Under the pieces are notes generated by a model, which saw nothing but the letters and a program-made list of their open reading frames with translations, was not told the DNA's origin and did no database searches. A stretch of DNA of 64,000 nt from Chrysemys picta bellii (Eukaryota), in assembly GCF_011386835.1 (NCBI RefSeq), contig NC_088794.1, forward strand, positions 15,438,001 to 15,502,000, in the 5' to 3' direction. Of the stretch, positions 1-13,769 are shown in pieces (position 1 is the stretch's first letter; every line of letters starts with the position of its first letter). Position numbers and translations under genes: made by a program.

Positions 1-3000
1 TGAAGAAATACTTGCTTGTGTTTGTTTTGTAAGGGATTACTCAAGAAGGGACCATCGCCAAGGTCTAACTCAGGACCAAAGTGCAAATCTCTATTGATTG
101 AGCTAAAAGACTAACTCCATTAGCTAGCAGCAGTACCAGGCTATTATCCTATATGTGATCCAGCTTCCAGAAGGGGACATGACACAAACTTAAGGCTCCA
201 AGATTGAGTTTAATTTTTTTGAGAGCTAGTAAATGAGGGGGCCCTTCCTCAGATGTCTGACTACTTAAATGCATCCCATCTATTAACAGTGAGAAGGAAA
301 AATAAATATCCAGTACCTGAATGCCACAAGGAACCAGATTACAAACCTCAGCCTCCTGCGTTCCTGCACACAGCTGGGAAATTTTAATCATTTCACAAGT
401 TGTAAAATCCCAAGCTCTCTGTTTCCTGTAGCCAGTTTTGAAGTAGCTGGGTGGGAAAGGGAGGTGGGTGCCCAGGAAAACAGGAAGCCCGGCCTGGGAG
501 AGGAGAAATGTGACATCTGCTTGCAGTGGTTTCACTCTGGTGCATGAAGCTGACATGCTGAGGACATGCGTGTGTGTGGTGGGTAGGGAACTCTGGAGAA
601 AGGAGAGGGTTGTAAAAGGTTTGCTCTGTGGCAAAGGAGTCACAAAAGTCCAGTAACCCGATTGTTTAAATTTAGGGCAGGAAACAGATGCTGCCTGACT
701 GAGGAAGCAGCTGAAGAAAATATTCGTATTTTGCAGCATCCATGCCAGGGATGATGTGGGCCGAGTGGGCGTATTACACTGACAGTCGCTTGGGCAGGTG
801 CAGCTCACAGGGCTTCAATGGAGTTGCACCCATGTGTACCAATGGTGAGGTTGGCTCAAAGAGATTGCTTGATTTTATTTCTTCTTTGAATTGCAGGGCG
901 GCTGATGTGTAATAACTGGAACCTGCTTCTTTTCTCCCCACGTGCACGACTGATGTGTGGGTTTTAAATCCTCATCTGCACTGCCCTTTTTACAGCTTGT
1001 ATTCTGGGAGCAGACAACAATAGGGTAGGCACTGTTTACACACTCCAGAAGAGAAAGCCCTAGTCCCGAAGAGCTTTCACGCTAAGAAAACCTATAGATC
1101 TATTATACCTCTATCAAATTCTATAGACTGGTTCAAATAAAATCCTACAGAAAGAGTATCAGTCTCTGTTACATACTGTGGGACTTTTCCATAAGGGTAG
1201 GCACTGCTGTAATAAGAAACATGCAGTAAGAATCCATCCGCAAGGCATTCTTGTGCCACTCAGAGCAGCTAAGCCTCGTCCCAGTGTATCCCCACCTTTC
1301 TAGCTCAGATGTTGAACTCCACTCAGTTCTGTTTCACTCACCAGACACCTTATTGCCTTTTAAACTCTGAAAGGAGAAATCCGACAGGGCCAGGGTTGGG
1401 CTTTTGTAACGTTCTCTAGTAGCTTCACATGCAGAACGACATTCACTCTTTGGCAAAATACCAGGACAATTCTTTGTAGCTTCACTGCCTTAAGGAGCAG
1501 TTGCCTTAAATAGAATTGAGAAGACAAAAGGGAGCACTCTTAAAGGAAGGACCGGTACGGAGGGGAAAATGACATCTAGGGCCAAAGTCAGCCCTTGTGA
1601 CAACCTGCTGGAGTCAACAGGCAACACGTTGAGGAATTTTGGCCTATGATCGAGATCGAAAGGGTGGATTTTATTATTTTCCATCACATGCCTCAGAATC
1701 GCTAATTCTTCTTATTTATTTGTATTACCATAATGCCCCAGAGCCCCAGGCAGAGAGCAGGACCTCATTGTGTTAGGTGCTGTACAAACAGAACAAAACC
1801 ACAGTCCCTTTCCCCAAGCACTGATGATCTAAGTGCAAGAGGAGAGGACAGGGGGAGTACAACAGACCGGCGGGGGCAGCACGAAGAGACAGAACTGGCT
1901 AGTGTGATAAGCAGCAGTCCCGGCCCACCATCCATCTAACCATTGCCCAGTTTTTTATAGACATCACAGCAAAGGGAACCTTTGAAGATTTAATTGTCAC
2001 TTTAGATACTGAACACCCACGGAAGGGGAGGACAAACTGAACAGGTCTGACTCTGTATAGTATACCATAATTCTCTCTGCTAGCATTGGTGTTAATCAAC
2101 TCATGAAACTCATAGGAGACATTGTCTCTCCAGGTTGGTTTGATTCAGGAAAGTGCTGCCATCTTATGGCTGTTTTTCAGAAAGATTCCCCATAACATAA
2201 CATTATTTTAACAAGTTCTTTTTCCATCCCTTGATCAGCAGTGAGATTAACAGCTGCTTTGGATGGACTGGTGGAAAATAGCCTCACGCTGTATAGTTCA
2301 TGGCTGAGATTCTTCAAAACTACCCAAGGGATCTGGATACCCAATTCTCATGAAGTGTCCAAATCCCCTAGAAAGCTTTGAAAATCTCAGCCTATATTGC
2401 TAGCTGTGTAGAATCATTCTGTGTTGGCCACTGATTAGCAAGTCTAAGCAATATGCAAGGTCTGGTATTTGGGGCCAAATTTTGAACAGTGCGGTCTAAA
2501 TTTTGAAGGACCAACTTGTGCTATCTAGGCCCTGGATAATGAAGTGCTGCGAACCTGCATCTCCTATTGACAGTAACTGGACTTTTGGGTGCTTGGCAGC
2601 TTTCAAAATCCAGCCTAAATTGGTGCTTTAGTGTCCAGTCTCAAGCTGGCTACCAAAAAACGGAGGCACCCAAATCAGTGACTACTTGTGAAAATGTAAA
2701 TCCTAATGTAGTGGGCACCATCCTTTAGAGATCGAAGATTCCCCTACATCCAGGGCTCAGCAACCAGTGAGATGAGGTAAACCAGGCTTCCAGCCAGGAC
2801 AATTGGAGCAGACACTTTGTAGGAGCTGGGCGTGAGCATTCCAGACTGCATGTTTCAGACGACATCCCATCTCAGACCTTGTTCCTTCTGACACATCTGC
2901 CTGTCTGTGGTATTTGTGGAGCACACGGCGCTTTGGTAGATGGGCATTGAACTGGGTACAGGGTTTATTAACATGTTGATTAAAAAAAATTAGAAACAAA

Positions 3001-3255
3001 TAATCTTTACTATCTTTCAATCATTTTACATCAACGCCACTGCCCATTACAATGAAACTAGAGATGGATCTGGCTCCAGGCCAGAACAGAGAGCAGCTTC
3101 CTTCTTCCTCTTCTCGCCTTTCATGGATGTGCTGATGTGTGAACGAGTGGTAAAGCGTGAGTTGCTCAAGTGTGTGTATGTGTTTGCTGGGGAGGGGGGA
3201 GGGAAGAGGGGAGGGGGAAGGCAATGCAAAGGGAAATAAGGGTATTAAGTTTCCT

Positions 3256-3420
3256 AAAGCAATAGATGTCATATATCTTGACTTTAGTAAGGCTTTTGAT
3301 ACTGTCTCACATGACCTCCTCATAAACAAACTAGAGAAATATAGTCTAGATGAACCTAGTGTAAAGTGGACGCACAACTGGCTGGAAAACCACACTTTGA
3401 GAGCAGTTTTCAACGGCTCC
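3256..3420 (+). mobile_element. CR1 LINE ORF2 (reverse transcriptase) fragment
   Basis: KAIDVIYLDFSKAFDTVSHDLLINKLEKYSLDEPSVKWTHNWL contains the YLDFSKAFDTV RT motif. Confidence 0.9.
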
Positions 3421-4347
3421 TCACCCACCTTGTCTCTCTAATATCCTGGGGCTGACATACAACAACACTGTATACCTGAAAACTATTTGTGTGAGACTTG
3501 ATTAAACAAGACCACCTGTGGGGTCAGTCGGAGACATTCATAGTTCTGCTGTTATTAAACCTGTCCCCAGAAGGGGCTGAGAGTTGGCTGGGGTGGGGTG
3601 GGATGGGGGGGCAGTAGCACCTGCTCAAACATGAGTTCTGGATCCTAGTGTCTTCAAAATACAAAAATACATGAGCTTCAGGAAGCTGTGACACTGCAGA
3701 AGGAAAGTGAGTGGGATTTATTCTTGTAGCTCATAAATCAACAAACCTTTAACTCAGGCTTGGCTAAGTAATAACGCCTCCACTCAAAGACTGATCTACT
3801 CCAGCTCACTAGTCTTCGTTATCTGTAGGCTTCTAAAATACTTCTCTCTGCATTGCAGCTCCATGCGTGTGATGGGGGCTTCCTATCAGGTATCTGCTAG
3901 ATTTGGAAGCAGTTACAGACAGCCTGATAACGTTCTCTTAGCCCTATCTTGCTGCAGACTAGCTTGGTAAAGGCTTGCAAGATGCCATGGCCTCCCGCTG
4001 TTCGAATCTCAACACAAAAACGCCATGCTCCCCCACTGTCCTAGAATGCCATCCGGGTTGGGCTAAGCTTGCTGGGAGCACAGGAATCGGCTGGCTGTAT
4101 CTATATGTTGTGCACATAACCTCCCAGATACTCCCCAGCAAGCTGGATCTCAACTCTGTGGCAAGAGTCCGCAGCATTCTGGGGTAGCAGGTGAGAAGTG
4201 AATGAGGCAATTGTTACACTACGCAGCTGGGTGGGTCAGCAACAGCCAGGAACAAATTTGGGATGGCTACATCCAAATACATAAGCCTCTATTGCCCACG
4301 CTAAAAGACCTGGCTCTGTTAGCTAGAGCTGCAGCAGGCTCATAAAT

Positions 4348-4749
4348 CATAGGTGGTGCATGAATTGCTGGCTTGAGAAGGCTAGCTCCCAACCCCACCC
4401 CTTCTGCACCGTCCCCCCGCGGCCAGAGGCCAGAGCCCCCCATCGCAGCTGCTGGCCCCTGCCCCAGGCTAATGCCCCCAGCCCTGAAGCGCCGGGAGGG
4501 CAGTCAGCACGGTCCCAGCCCCAGAGCACCGGGAGGGCGGGCAGTGCAGCCCCAGCCCCCTCCTCCCCACACATCCCCAGAGTGCTGGGAGGACGGAGCG
4601 ACTCCAGCACCAGCCTGAGCCGGGGCCACGGCACAGGGGAAGAGCCGCCCGCCGAACAGGAAGCAGGAGGGGGCGAAGTGTGGGCGGAGCCACGCCTGGC
4701 TGTTTGGTGAGGCTCAGCCTCCCCCAGCCTATGATACCCACCGCCCACG
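4348..4749. mobile_element. GC-rich hAT-type MITE, degenerate
   Basis: Imperfect termini cataggtggtg / caccgcccacg around a GC-rich interior; no clear TSD. Confidence 0.45.
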
Positions 4750-5225
4750 TACCTCAACATCAGCTGAGCCACCACTGGATGAAGACAGAGCACCACACTG
4801 CATGAGAGTGGGTTCCAATGTTACTTATATGAACATGCATGGCAGTGTATTGAACATGTCCCCACATTTTCAGTGTTCAGCTTGGCAAGGCTTTTGGAGT
4901 TAACAATGCTGACCTCCTTTGAGGCAGTTGCTGTGGAAGTCTGGGAAGCTGGAGAGGAAACAGTTGTGGTTTATGGTGACCAGGGAACTGGTTTTGATTG
5001 TGAGTAAAGCACCTTAGCTGGCTCTCCGGTGGAACACTGCACATTGCTGACAATGTTACTCTGAAACCAAGGAATGCCCCACAGAAATGAATGGGATGGG
5101 TCACCATGCTCAGAGCAATTGTTTCAAGCTGTCTGCAGACTCAGGAAGATGTTTGGTTCATATTTTCAAGGGTTTCTTCTCTGCCATAAACACCATTATT
5201 TCAATGGAAACTGAGACTTTGTAAC

Positions 5226-5953
5226 TAGGGTTACCATATTTTAAGTGTCCAAAAAGAGGACACTCCACGGGCCCTGCCCCCACCCCCTGCCCCAGTCCCG
5301 CCCCTTCCCGGCCCCGCCCCAACTCCTCCCCCTCCCCTGGACGCTTCGCCCCCCTGCCCCTCCCCCTCCCCTGCTTCCCACGAACATTTGATTCGCGGGA
5401 AGCCTGAAGCAGCAGGCAAGCTGGGGCGGGGGGGCGCGGCCCAGTCCGGCCCCCCCGGCCGAACGGCTCCCTCCAGCGAGCGGCCGGCCCAGGCCAAGAG
5501 GCTCTGGCCCCGGCGTCTCCTGCCCGGCTTGGCTCAGGCCCTGGGGCTCCGGCCCCTGGCCGAGCACCGCCAGCCCCCAATCCTGGCCCCACACCGCCGG
5601 CTCCAGCCCTCAGCCCCGGGCCGAGCACCGCGCGGCCCCGGCCCCTGGCTCCGCACTGCCCGGACCCGGCCCCCGGCTCCGTACCGCCGCCCCCAGCCAA
5701 GCACCCCTGGCCCGGCCCCAGCCCCCGGCCAAGCACCCCCAGCCCGGCCCCGGCCCCCGGCTCCGCACCGCCGGCCGAGCACCGCCGGCCCCAGCGGCTC
5801 CAGCCCCCGACTGAGCACCGCCAGTCCCTCCCTCCCTCCCTCCCTCCCTATTTTCCCGGACATGTCCGGCTTTTTGAGATTTCCCCCCGGACGGGGATTT
5901 GAGGCCCAAAAAACCGGACATGTCCGGGAAAATCCGGACGTATGGTAACCCTA
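5226..5953. mobile_element. hAT-type non-autonomous element (MITE) with GC-rich tandem interior
   Basis: Perfect 13-bp TIRs TAGGGTTACCATA / TATGGTAACCCTA, flanked by the direct repeat TTGTAAC (5219-5225 and 5954-5960). Confidence 0.85.
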
Positions 5954-6315
5954 TTGTAACACTATTCTGTGGATGATGATGGATTCCATGTCATAGTCTT
6001 CTGCCATGGAATATATAGGGCCCAGGTCACACAGAAAACATTTTTTAAACTAAGATGGGCCTGAACCAAAACCAAGTCCAAATACACCTGAATCGGTTTG
6101 GGGTGGAGGGAAGAGTGTGTGTTAAGAATCCAAGTGTTGCAGAAGGGCCCTATTTTAATAGAAGGCTGAACTGAACAAATTCTGTAAGTAAGGTAACCAC
6201 TGGGAAAGTAAAATGTTTCTTTCCAGGAGACGTTTCTCTCTCTTCTGCCTTGTGGTTGCACCTATGATAAGTTGGTAAAAACTTGCACTCGTTACTGGAC
6301 ACAATACTCCAGTTG

Positions 6316-6846
6316 AGGCCTACTCCATGCTGATTAGGCCTCAACTGGAGTATTGTGTCCAGTTCTGGGCACTACATTTCAGGAAAGATGTGGACAAATT
6401 GGAGAAAGTCCAGAGAAGAGCAACAAAAATGATTAAAGGTCTAGAAAACATGACCTATGAGGGAAGATTGAAAAAATTGGGTTTGTTTAGTCTGGAGAAG
6501 AGAAGACTGAGAGGGCACATGATAACAGTTTTCAAGTACTGTTGTTGTTACAAGGAGGAGGGAGAAAAATTGTTCTCCTTAACCTCTGGGCTTAAGCAAT
6601 GGGCTTAAATTGCAGCAAGGGCAGTTTAGGTTGGACATTAGGAAAAACTTCCTAACTGTCAGGGTGGTTAAGCAGTGGAATAAATTGGGAGGTTCTGGAA
6701 TCTCCATCATTGGGTATTTTTAAGAGCAGGTTGGACAAACACCTGTAAGGGATGGTCTAGGTAATACTCAGTCCTGCCTTGAGTTCAGGGGACTGGACTA
6801 GATGACCTCTCAAGGTCCCTTCCTGTCCTATGATTCTATGATTCTA
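6316..6846 (+). mobile_element. 5'-truncated CR1 LINE, 3' end
   Basis: [38 protein letters not shown]...[11 protein letters not shown], followed by the CR1 3' UTR and an (ATTCTATG)n tail. Confidence 0.93.
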
Positions 6847-7284
6847 ACCTCGCACAGATCTGAGCTGATGGCCTAGAGATGAAAGGTTCCATATCCAATT
6901 ATTGGTACCTCAACCCATTACCCTACCACCTCGGCCACAGTAACCAAGAATGTACAAATAACTGCTAGTCCAGACAGTGGGATTTAGAAAAACATGGCTT
7001 AGTCTGAGCTATTTCCTACTACTCCAGCTACTCCCATATCATTAGGCCTGGGGTACATTACAAAGTTATGTGGACGTAAGTGTTGGGGTTCCCCCAAGAC
7101 CTCTTTCACTTGGTTCCCCAAGGACTTAGTTAAACTCCAGTCTTCTCCCTCAGATTTCCCTATCTGGCATACAGCAAAGCTATGCTGAGTTGATTAGACT
7201 TATACCTGCCCAGGGGTCATGGGGACCAGAAGTCATTCCCTCCCCCACTCTAACGCCCCTGTGGATTTTTGAAATGCCTTTTCC

Positions 7285-7700
7285 TGCTTGCCCACCTTGG
7301 TGAGCATGCCCAGCAGTTCCTTGGTTGCGTGCCAGCTCCATGCTCTAGACGCACTCCTGTCAGGATCTCCTGGGCCTACGGGGAGAAGGCAGAGCTATGG
7401 ACCAGCTGCAGAAATGTGGACGTTTACAAAAAGATTGCACTGGGGAGGCAGGCAAAGGGGTACGACAGGGACCAGCAGCAGTGCCACTTGACAGCGAAGG
7501 AAGTGTGGCAAAATACCATGAGGCCAGAGAAGCCAGCAGTCTATCTGGTGCAGACCTGTTGCTTTTACAATGAGCTGCATGCTGCACTTGGCAGAGACGT
7601 CACAAGCACCACGCAGACCTCCGTGGATACCTCCGCGGGGCCCGAGACAGAGACCCCTGCCATTAACCGCAAGGAGGAGGAGGAGAGGGACAGGACAGGC
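7285..7700 (+). mobile_element. Degenerate Myb/SANT-like ORF of a PIF/Harbinger transposon
   Basis: RNVDVYKKIALGRQAKGYDRDQQQC...CFYNELHAALG followed by an acidic tract, typical of Harbinger DNA-binding proteins. Confidence 0.7.
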
Positions 7701-8059
7701 GAGAACAGGGTCAGAGGTGTAGGTAGGTGTGGGGTGAAGAGACTGTGAGGCCTGGAGCAAAGAGCCATTCAACAGAGGGCAAAGAAAACACAATCAGAAC
7801 TGTAGAAAGTTCTCAGAACCTGCTTGCCTGGTTCTGCTCCCACCCGCTGGGCTCCAGCTGGCTTCTTTCTGCAGTTTTCCTCTCAGGCCACATGGCAGAG
7901 GTTAGGGGAAGCACCTCCTAGTGGCCCCAGATTGAGGGGGGTCTCCTCTGCACAGTTTGGGATCTAGGAGAGTGTTCAGAGGATGGGGTGTTCTTAGCTG
8001 GGCCCCATTTTATCCTTTCCCCCCTAGTGCAGCAGTCCTTGTGGTTCTATTCAGTGTCG

Positions 8060-9850
8060 GGGATGGGGGACTTCAATCTGAGTGACGTATGCTGGAAGTC
8101 TCATGCGGCCAGTACTAAAACGTCCTCACAATTTCTAAACATTATTGATGAAAATTTCCTAACTCAGAAAAGTGTTGCATCCAACATGGGGGAATTCTAT
8201 ACTAGACCTCGTCTTGACAGATCATGAGGAATTACTCACAGACCTAAAAATGCCCAGGGGTTGCTTGATCACATTTGTTGTGTGCAAACAGAAATAAAGT
8301 CCATACCAGTAATATATCTACTTGGTGCTTTAAAAGAGCCAATTTCACAAAGCTGAAAACAATTATGAGGCAAATCAAGTGGGAGAGGATTTGAACAGAA
8401 AAATGTAATGACCATTGGGAAATATTTAAGAATATTTTACTAGATACCCAAAATACTCCATCCCACAGTCGAGAGAGGTAACTACGACGTTAAAAAAATC
8501 AACCAAACTCGAAAAACAATATATAAGACATAGGAAAAAAGAAGTTGATGGCAATGAATATAAAGAAATAAATATATATTAAAAGTTTGGAATGATAGAA
8601 AATTGACAAGGGAAACAGAAGGACACAGGGAGAAATCTAGGGTGTGAAGAGTAAAGGACAATGAGGAGTCTTTTAAGTATATTAGGACAAAAAGAATCTT
8701 AACAATGGCATTGATCTGTTATTAGATGGCACTGGTAGACCTGTCAGTAATAATGCAGAAAAAGCAGAAGTGTTCAATACATTTTCTGTTCTGTATTTAG
8801 GAAAAGCCTGATAATGTATTCATATCAGATGACAGAGAGGATATACTTTCCATTCCAACAGTAACTCAGGAGGACATTACGCAGCAGCTATTAGAAGTTT
8901 AGACAATTAGACGTTTTTAAAAATCAGCAGGTCTGGCTAACTTGTATCTGAGAGTTTTAAAAGAGAGAGCCGAGGAAGGCACTGGATCGTTCATGCTGAT
9001 TTTCAATAAATCTTGAAACACTGGGGAAGCTCCAGGGGACTAGAAGAAAGCTAATGTTGTGCAAATATTTAAAAATATTTAAACAGGAAGACCCAGGAAA
9101 TTATAGGCCTATCAACTTGATTTCAATCCTGGGCAAATTAATGGAACAGCTGCTATGGTATCTGATTAATAAAAATTAAAGGAGGGTAATATAATTAATG
9201 CCAATCAACATGGGTTTATGGAAAATGCATCCTGTCAAACTAACTTGATATATTTTTGATGAGATTACAAGTTTGGTTGATAAAGGTAATAGTGGAGATT
9301 AATATACTTATATTTATAAGGCAGTTGACTTAGTATTACATGACATTTTGCTTAGAAAACTAGAAAGGTATAAAATTAATATGGCACACATTAAATGAAT
9401 TATTATCTGGCTAACTGATAGGTCTCAACATGTAGACGGAAAGTCGTCAGCGAATGGGTGTGTTTCTAGTGGGGTCCTGCGGAGATCAGTTCTTGATCCT
9501 ACGATATTTGAACATTTTTATCAGTGACCTGGAAGAAAATATGAAATCATCACTGATAAAGCTTGCAGATGACTCAAAGATTGAGGGAGGGGTAAATAAT
9601 GAAGAGGACAGGTCACCGATACAGAACGGTCTGGATCACTTGATAAGCTGGGTGCAAGCAAACAATATGTGTTTCAATTTGGCCAAATGTAAAGTAATAC
9701 AGTAGGGAACAAAGAATGTCAGTCTTACTTATAGGGTAGGCGACTCCATTCTGGGAAGCAGTGACTCTGAAAAAGACTTAGGGGTCATAGTGGATAATCA
9801 CCTGAACATGAGCTCCCAGTGCATTTGCTGTGGCCAAAAGGGTTGGAGGG
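8060..9850 (+). mobile_element. Old, frameshifted CR1 LINE ORF2 (endonuclease end through RT)
   Basis: MGDFNLSDVCW...FLNIIDENFLTQK (APE endonuclease), later FISDLEENMKSSLIKLADDSKI and NNMCFNLAKCKVI (RT). Confidence 0.85.
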
Positions 9851-12530
9851 AGTGCTAGTGGCTCTGCTGAATACAGGATGTGGTAAATAGTCTTATCTGG
9901 TCACAGGTAGTGGGAGAAGAAGAAGATGTAGATGTGTCAAGTATCTCTGACTAGGAGGGTTTCCTCTTCCGGCTGTGTTTTCAAATAATCTTCGCAAATT
10001 AGTAGCACTAGCCCCTGCTCTGTAACATCCTTCTCTGGACCATGCATAACTTTAGTGTTGCCAGGAAACAAATGTAACAAATAATCCATATGTGTGAGTT
10101 TTACAGGCTCCTTCATGTACCCAACATGTGTTCACACATCATGCATTCATGCACACCCTTCCTTCAGCACCCTGGTTGTTTCACAGTCTATCCTACATGT
10201 GCATACACACACTCACACACACATCTATCCATGTCAGGCTGCTGAATGCAGCATAAAATAACATGAGACGAGGTCATTCTCAGCAGGCAAAGAGGAGTGT
10301 GGGTTTGTCCGTACTCAGTGTTACTTATAGCTGGGCAGGTGAGTGAAACATATCTCTATGCTGCCCACCTAGGCTGGGGAAAATTGTTCTAGTTGAAATT
10401 GCTGCTTGTTCTGCAGACCGCTGGACATGGGAATTTCTGCAGATTTGGATGCTTGCTGTGCTTATTTATAAGCTAATTCCTCCTTGCCCTCAGTTTTCTC
10501 ACTGCCAGAGTAGAGTCCACACTCTAGGAGCACACAGATAGTACGGGTAGATGACGTGGGCCTTGACCTCTTGTATGTGTTCATTGCAAGCCAGAACTGT
10601 GTCTTTGAATGAGGCTTATTCTCAGCATAAGTAGCCTCATTCAAAGCTATGGCTCCCCACTCTACAACTTAAGGGCCTGATCCTAAATCTATTGATGTCA
10701 ATGGAATGGATATGCCTGGCGTTCACTAGGGACCTGATCCATTGGCTTTGGTGGGCTTTGGACCAGACCCCTACCGAACTTCAGTCACATCCCAATGCAG
10801 CAAGATTAATGATCATCATGTCTACCGTAATTTCACTCAGCAGAGTTCTCCTCTGAATTACACTTGGGTCAATGAGGAGTGATGCCACTGATTTCAGTGA
10901 GGTTACACCCAGGATAAATTTGGCCCAGTGTCTGTTTTTACTGAGCACACTGTGCAGAAGTATCTTTGCTTTTTCATTGTATTTTCCCCTGAGTTGTCAT
11001 ACCACTTAAGATCCTGGGTTGATTTCACTTCCACATCATGGGTTCTGGCACCAAGTTTTGTCAGCTTCGAGACAACAGACATTTAAGGAAGTGAACATTG
11101 TACATGTTGCCTTCCAAAGATTATGTTTCATTCCATTCTTTCGATTATAGCATCGTTTATTATTTACATTAGGAGGATAAAGTTATTCCCCTGATGAGTG
11201 AGCAATATAATATAGACCATTACAACGCAGGCAGTTAAAGGTCAGGCATGGGAGTGGGATCAGAAGGGCACTGGAAAGGAGCTCAAAGGTGGACCCTGAA
11301 ATAGCAGTATCACTTGGGCTGGATTTCTGTTTTTTACAGGGCACTTTTGGAACCTAGATAAAAGTTTGGAATTTATGATTGTTTTCATCTTGCCATTTTG
11401 CCTTTCTTCCGTGATAGCATATGACTATCTGTATTTCTGAGTACCCAGTTACCATGAAATACAAATGTCTGGGTCACACAAATGCTTTCCCATAACAAAC
11501 TCGGATACTTTCAGCTTAGTTTAGTTATTCTCTCTCTCTCTCTCTTTCCTAATTCCCTGCTGCCTTTTTCCACCACTTCTTTCCGCTATCCCCGAACAGC
11601 GCTGGCTCATTCTTCAGCAGTTTCGTGGTGGGGAGACCTTTCTGCACCTACATACCACGGTGATAGGTGCAGACTAAGAATCTGAAGAACTGAAAGAACT
11701 GTGCATTGCTCTCTGAATATGAGGAGGCTTGAACTTATTCTGATGTCTAGCACTAATGAATTCCACAGCTCAGGGCCTTCCATTGAAAAGGCTTTGCCTC
11801 TGCATTATGACAGGACCATCCTAGTCACAGCAGTGTCCCAAGGTGCACAGCTGTTTCAGAAGGTCAGCAGTGCAGGTCGGGGGATCTCCAAGATAGCTGA
11901 GCCCCCGCCCATTCAGAGGTTTAGTTGAAGATTAACACACCAGGAGCTGAAAGTCAAATGGGGAGCTGAAATCAAACAGAACATCCTGGTGACTTCCTCT
12001 TCACTGCCTCACTTCCTAAGAAGAGTAGAATTTGCTTATCTAGATTCACATGTGGTTGACTGACATGGGTAATTCTAAAAAAAAAAAAAAAAGTGTTCAC
12101 AGTTTTAAAATAGAGTCATTGGGAAGTGACAACAGCTAGAGCAAGTGAAGGCAGGTAAATTTTTGGCTGGGCTGCTACAAGATTTCTGACCACTTCAAAA
12201 GAAATGTTGAGAGTGCTCAAAGGAGATTGAAGGAGCCACAGAGATGTTCTGGCCTTAACAAGGAGAAATCACAAGGGAGGATCATATGGCATGGATATCC
12301 AGGTGCAATTTGCTCTTGTGCGATGCTAAGGAGGGGTAACAGCCAGTTAACTGCATGATTCCATGGGGACATAAAGTTCTGCACAGTTCTGTAGTTATTG
12401 TGAGGAAAGTCACTAGGAGAGCTGAGCTTTGGTGCCATTGTAGAAGAAAAATCCTACTCAAGCTTGTTCTTGTTGGCATCTTCCTCCTTCCTTGAGCCTG
12501 CAGAGCAGAGGAGGCACCCTGCTACTCGCC

Positions 12531-12880
12531 ATGACAAACAGCAGTTTGACTCTAAGCAGCCTGGATGCAGTTTACATCACCATCGAGTTCATTATTGGGA
12601 TATCTGCAACCGTGGGCAACATCCTGGTCATCTGGGTGGTGAAGCTGAACCCAGCTTTTCAGACAAATACCTTCTACTTCATTGTCTCCCTGGCGCTGGC
12701 CGATATAGCCGTGGGCATCCTTGTCATGCCACTGGCCATCGTGGTGAGCCTGGGAGTCGACGTCCACTTCTACTCCTGCCTCTTCATGTGCTGCCTGATG
12801 GTGGTTTTCACTAATGCCTCCATCCTGTCTCTCCTGGCTATAGCAATCGACAGGTACCTAAGAGTGAAGCTGCCCACCAG
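12531..12880 (+). CDS. ADORA3: Adenosine A3 receptor, coding exon 1 (TM1-TM3, 350 nt)
   Basis: ATG at 12531 (ctcgccATG). Encodes [20 protein letters not shown]...[16 protein letters not shown]...[15 protein letters not shown], colinear with the recalled human A3 sequence. Donor AG|gtgagt at 12880/12881, phase 2. Confidence 0.97.
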
Positions 12881-13049
12881 GTGAGTCAGTCTGTTTAGTT
12901 GTTGCATTTTCAAGTTATTGTTCATATTACATGGAAGTTCAATTAATGCTCTAATGCCCCTCCTGGTCTCCACACCCCAGCTCAGACCTGGAGGCACGCT
13001 CGTCCATCTCCCCCAGTGCTCATACCCCCTATCTCACACCTGCCTTGCA

Positions 13050-13140
13050 CACCGAGGTTTTACTCTACCCTGCCTCAGGATTGGGGATAGACTAAATTAC
13101 CTCTTGAGATCACTTCCAGCCCTACATTTCTATGGTTCTG
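13050..13140 (+). mobile_element. CR1 3' terminal fragment in the ADORA3 intron
   Basis: gactaaattacctcttgagatcacttccagccctacatttctatggttct resembles the CR1 3' UTR and tail. Confidence 0.6.
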
Positions 13141-13769
13141 TGTTGACAGATGCTCCCTGCTCCCCCATCTTTTGAAGTGGCTTCTAATCAGGCAAGTCTC
13201 TGAAGCAGTAAATTCACTTTAAATGTATGTTCGAAAAAGAGAAAGATTCTCTCTTTGTAAAATCAATTTAAGAGCCATTCTTTGGGGGCAGGGACTATCT
13301 CGTAGCTCTGTGTTTGTCCTGCAGCTAGCACAGTGGAGTCCTGACCCGTGTTTGGGGCCCCTAAATGCTACCACAATATAAAAAATAAGTATTAATTATT
13401 GAATTGCCTATAGGGATCAGAGAACTGCTGGGATCATGGTGAAACATGATTTCATTCTTCAGTCATTTTGTTGGGTGTGTGACCTAATTTTTATATTATT
13501 TCTGTGTTTGTTTATTTTGGGGCTAGTCACTTCAAATACTCCCGTCAACGTCAGCACTGGGTCAAAATGAGAAAGGGACACAGAGTGAACAGCAAGTTCT
13601 AATACGAGGATTTTATAAAAACACACCTTTTTTCTATAACTTGAGTGGCCAAGTGCATGCATAAAACACCCCCGTCCGCCCCAAAACAACAACAACACGG
13701 CACAGGGTCAGACAGTACACGGTCCTGGTGTCATAATTGGGTCTACATTTACCTTAATTGTGAGGTCAA

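Noticed and set aside
149-808. 219-aa minus-strand ORF starting with a Cys-rich, metallothionein-like MSCTCPSDCQC
   Set aside because: Non-ATG start, no recognisable domain, no splice support, and the Cys spacing is not sustained.
737-844. 108-nt symmetric exon-like segment (SMPGMMWAEW...GVAPMCTN) with AG/GT boundaries
   Set aside because: Its 3' half is the common cttcaatggagttgcacc repeat core; no partner exons or homology were recognised.
4347-5948. Overlapping Gly/Pro/Arg-rich ORFs on both strands
   Set aside because: They fall within TIR-bounded GC-rich MITEs; stop-codon scarcity is compositional.
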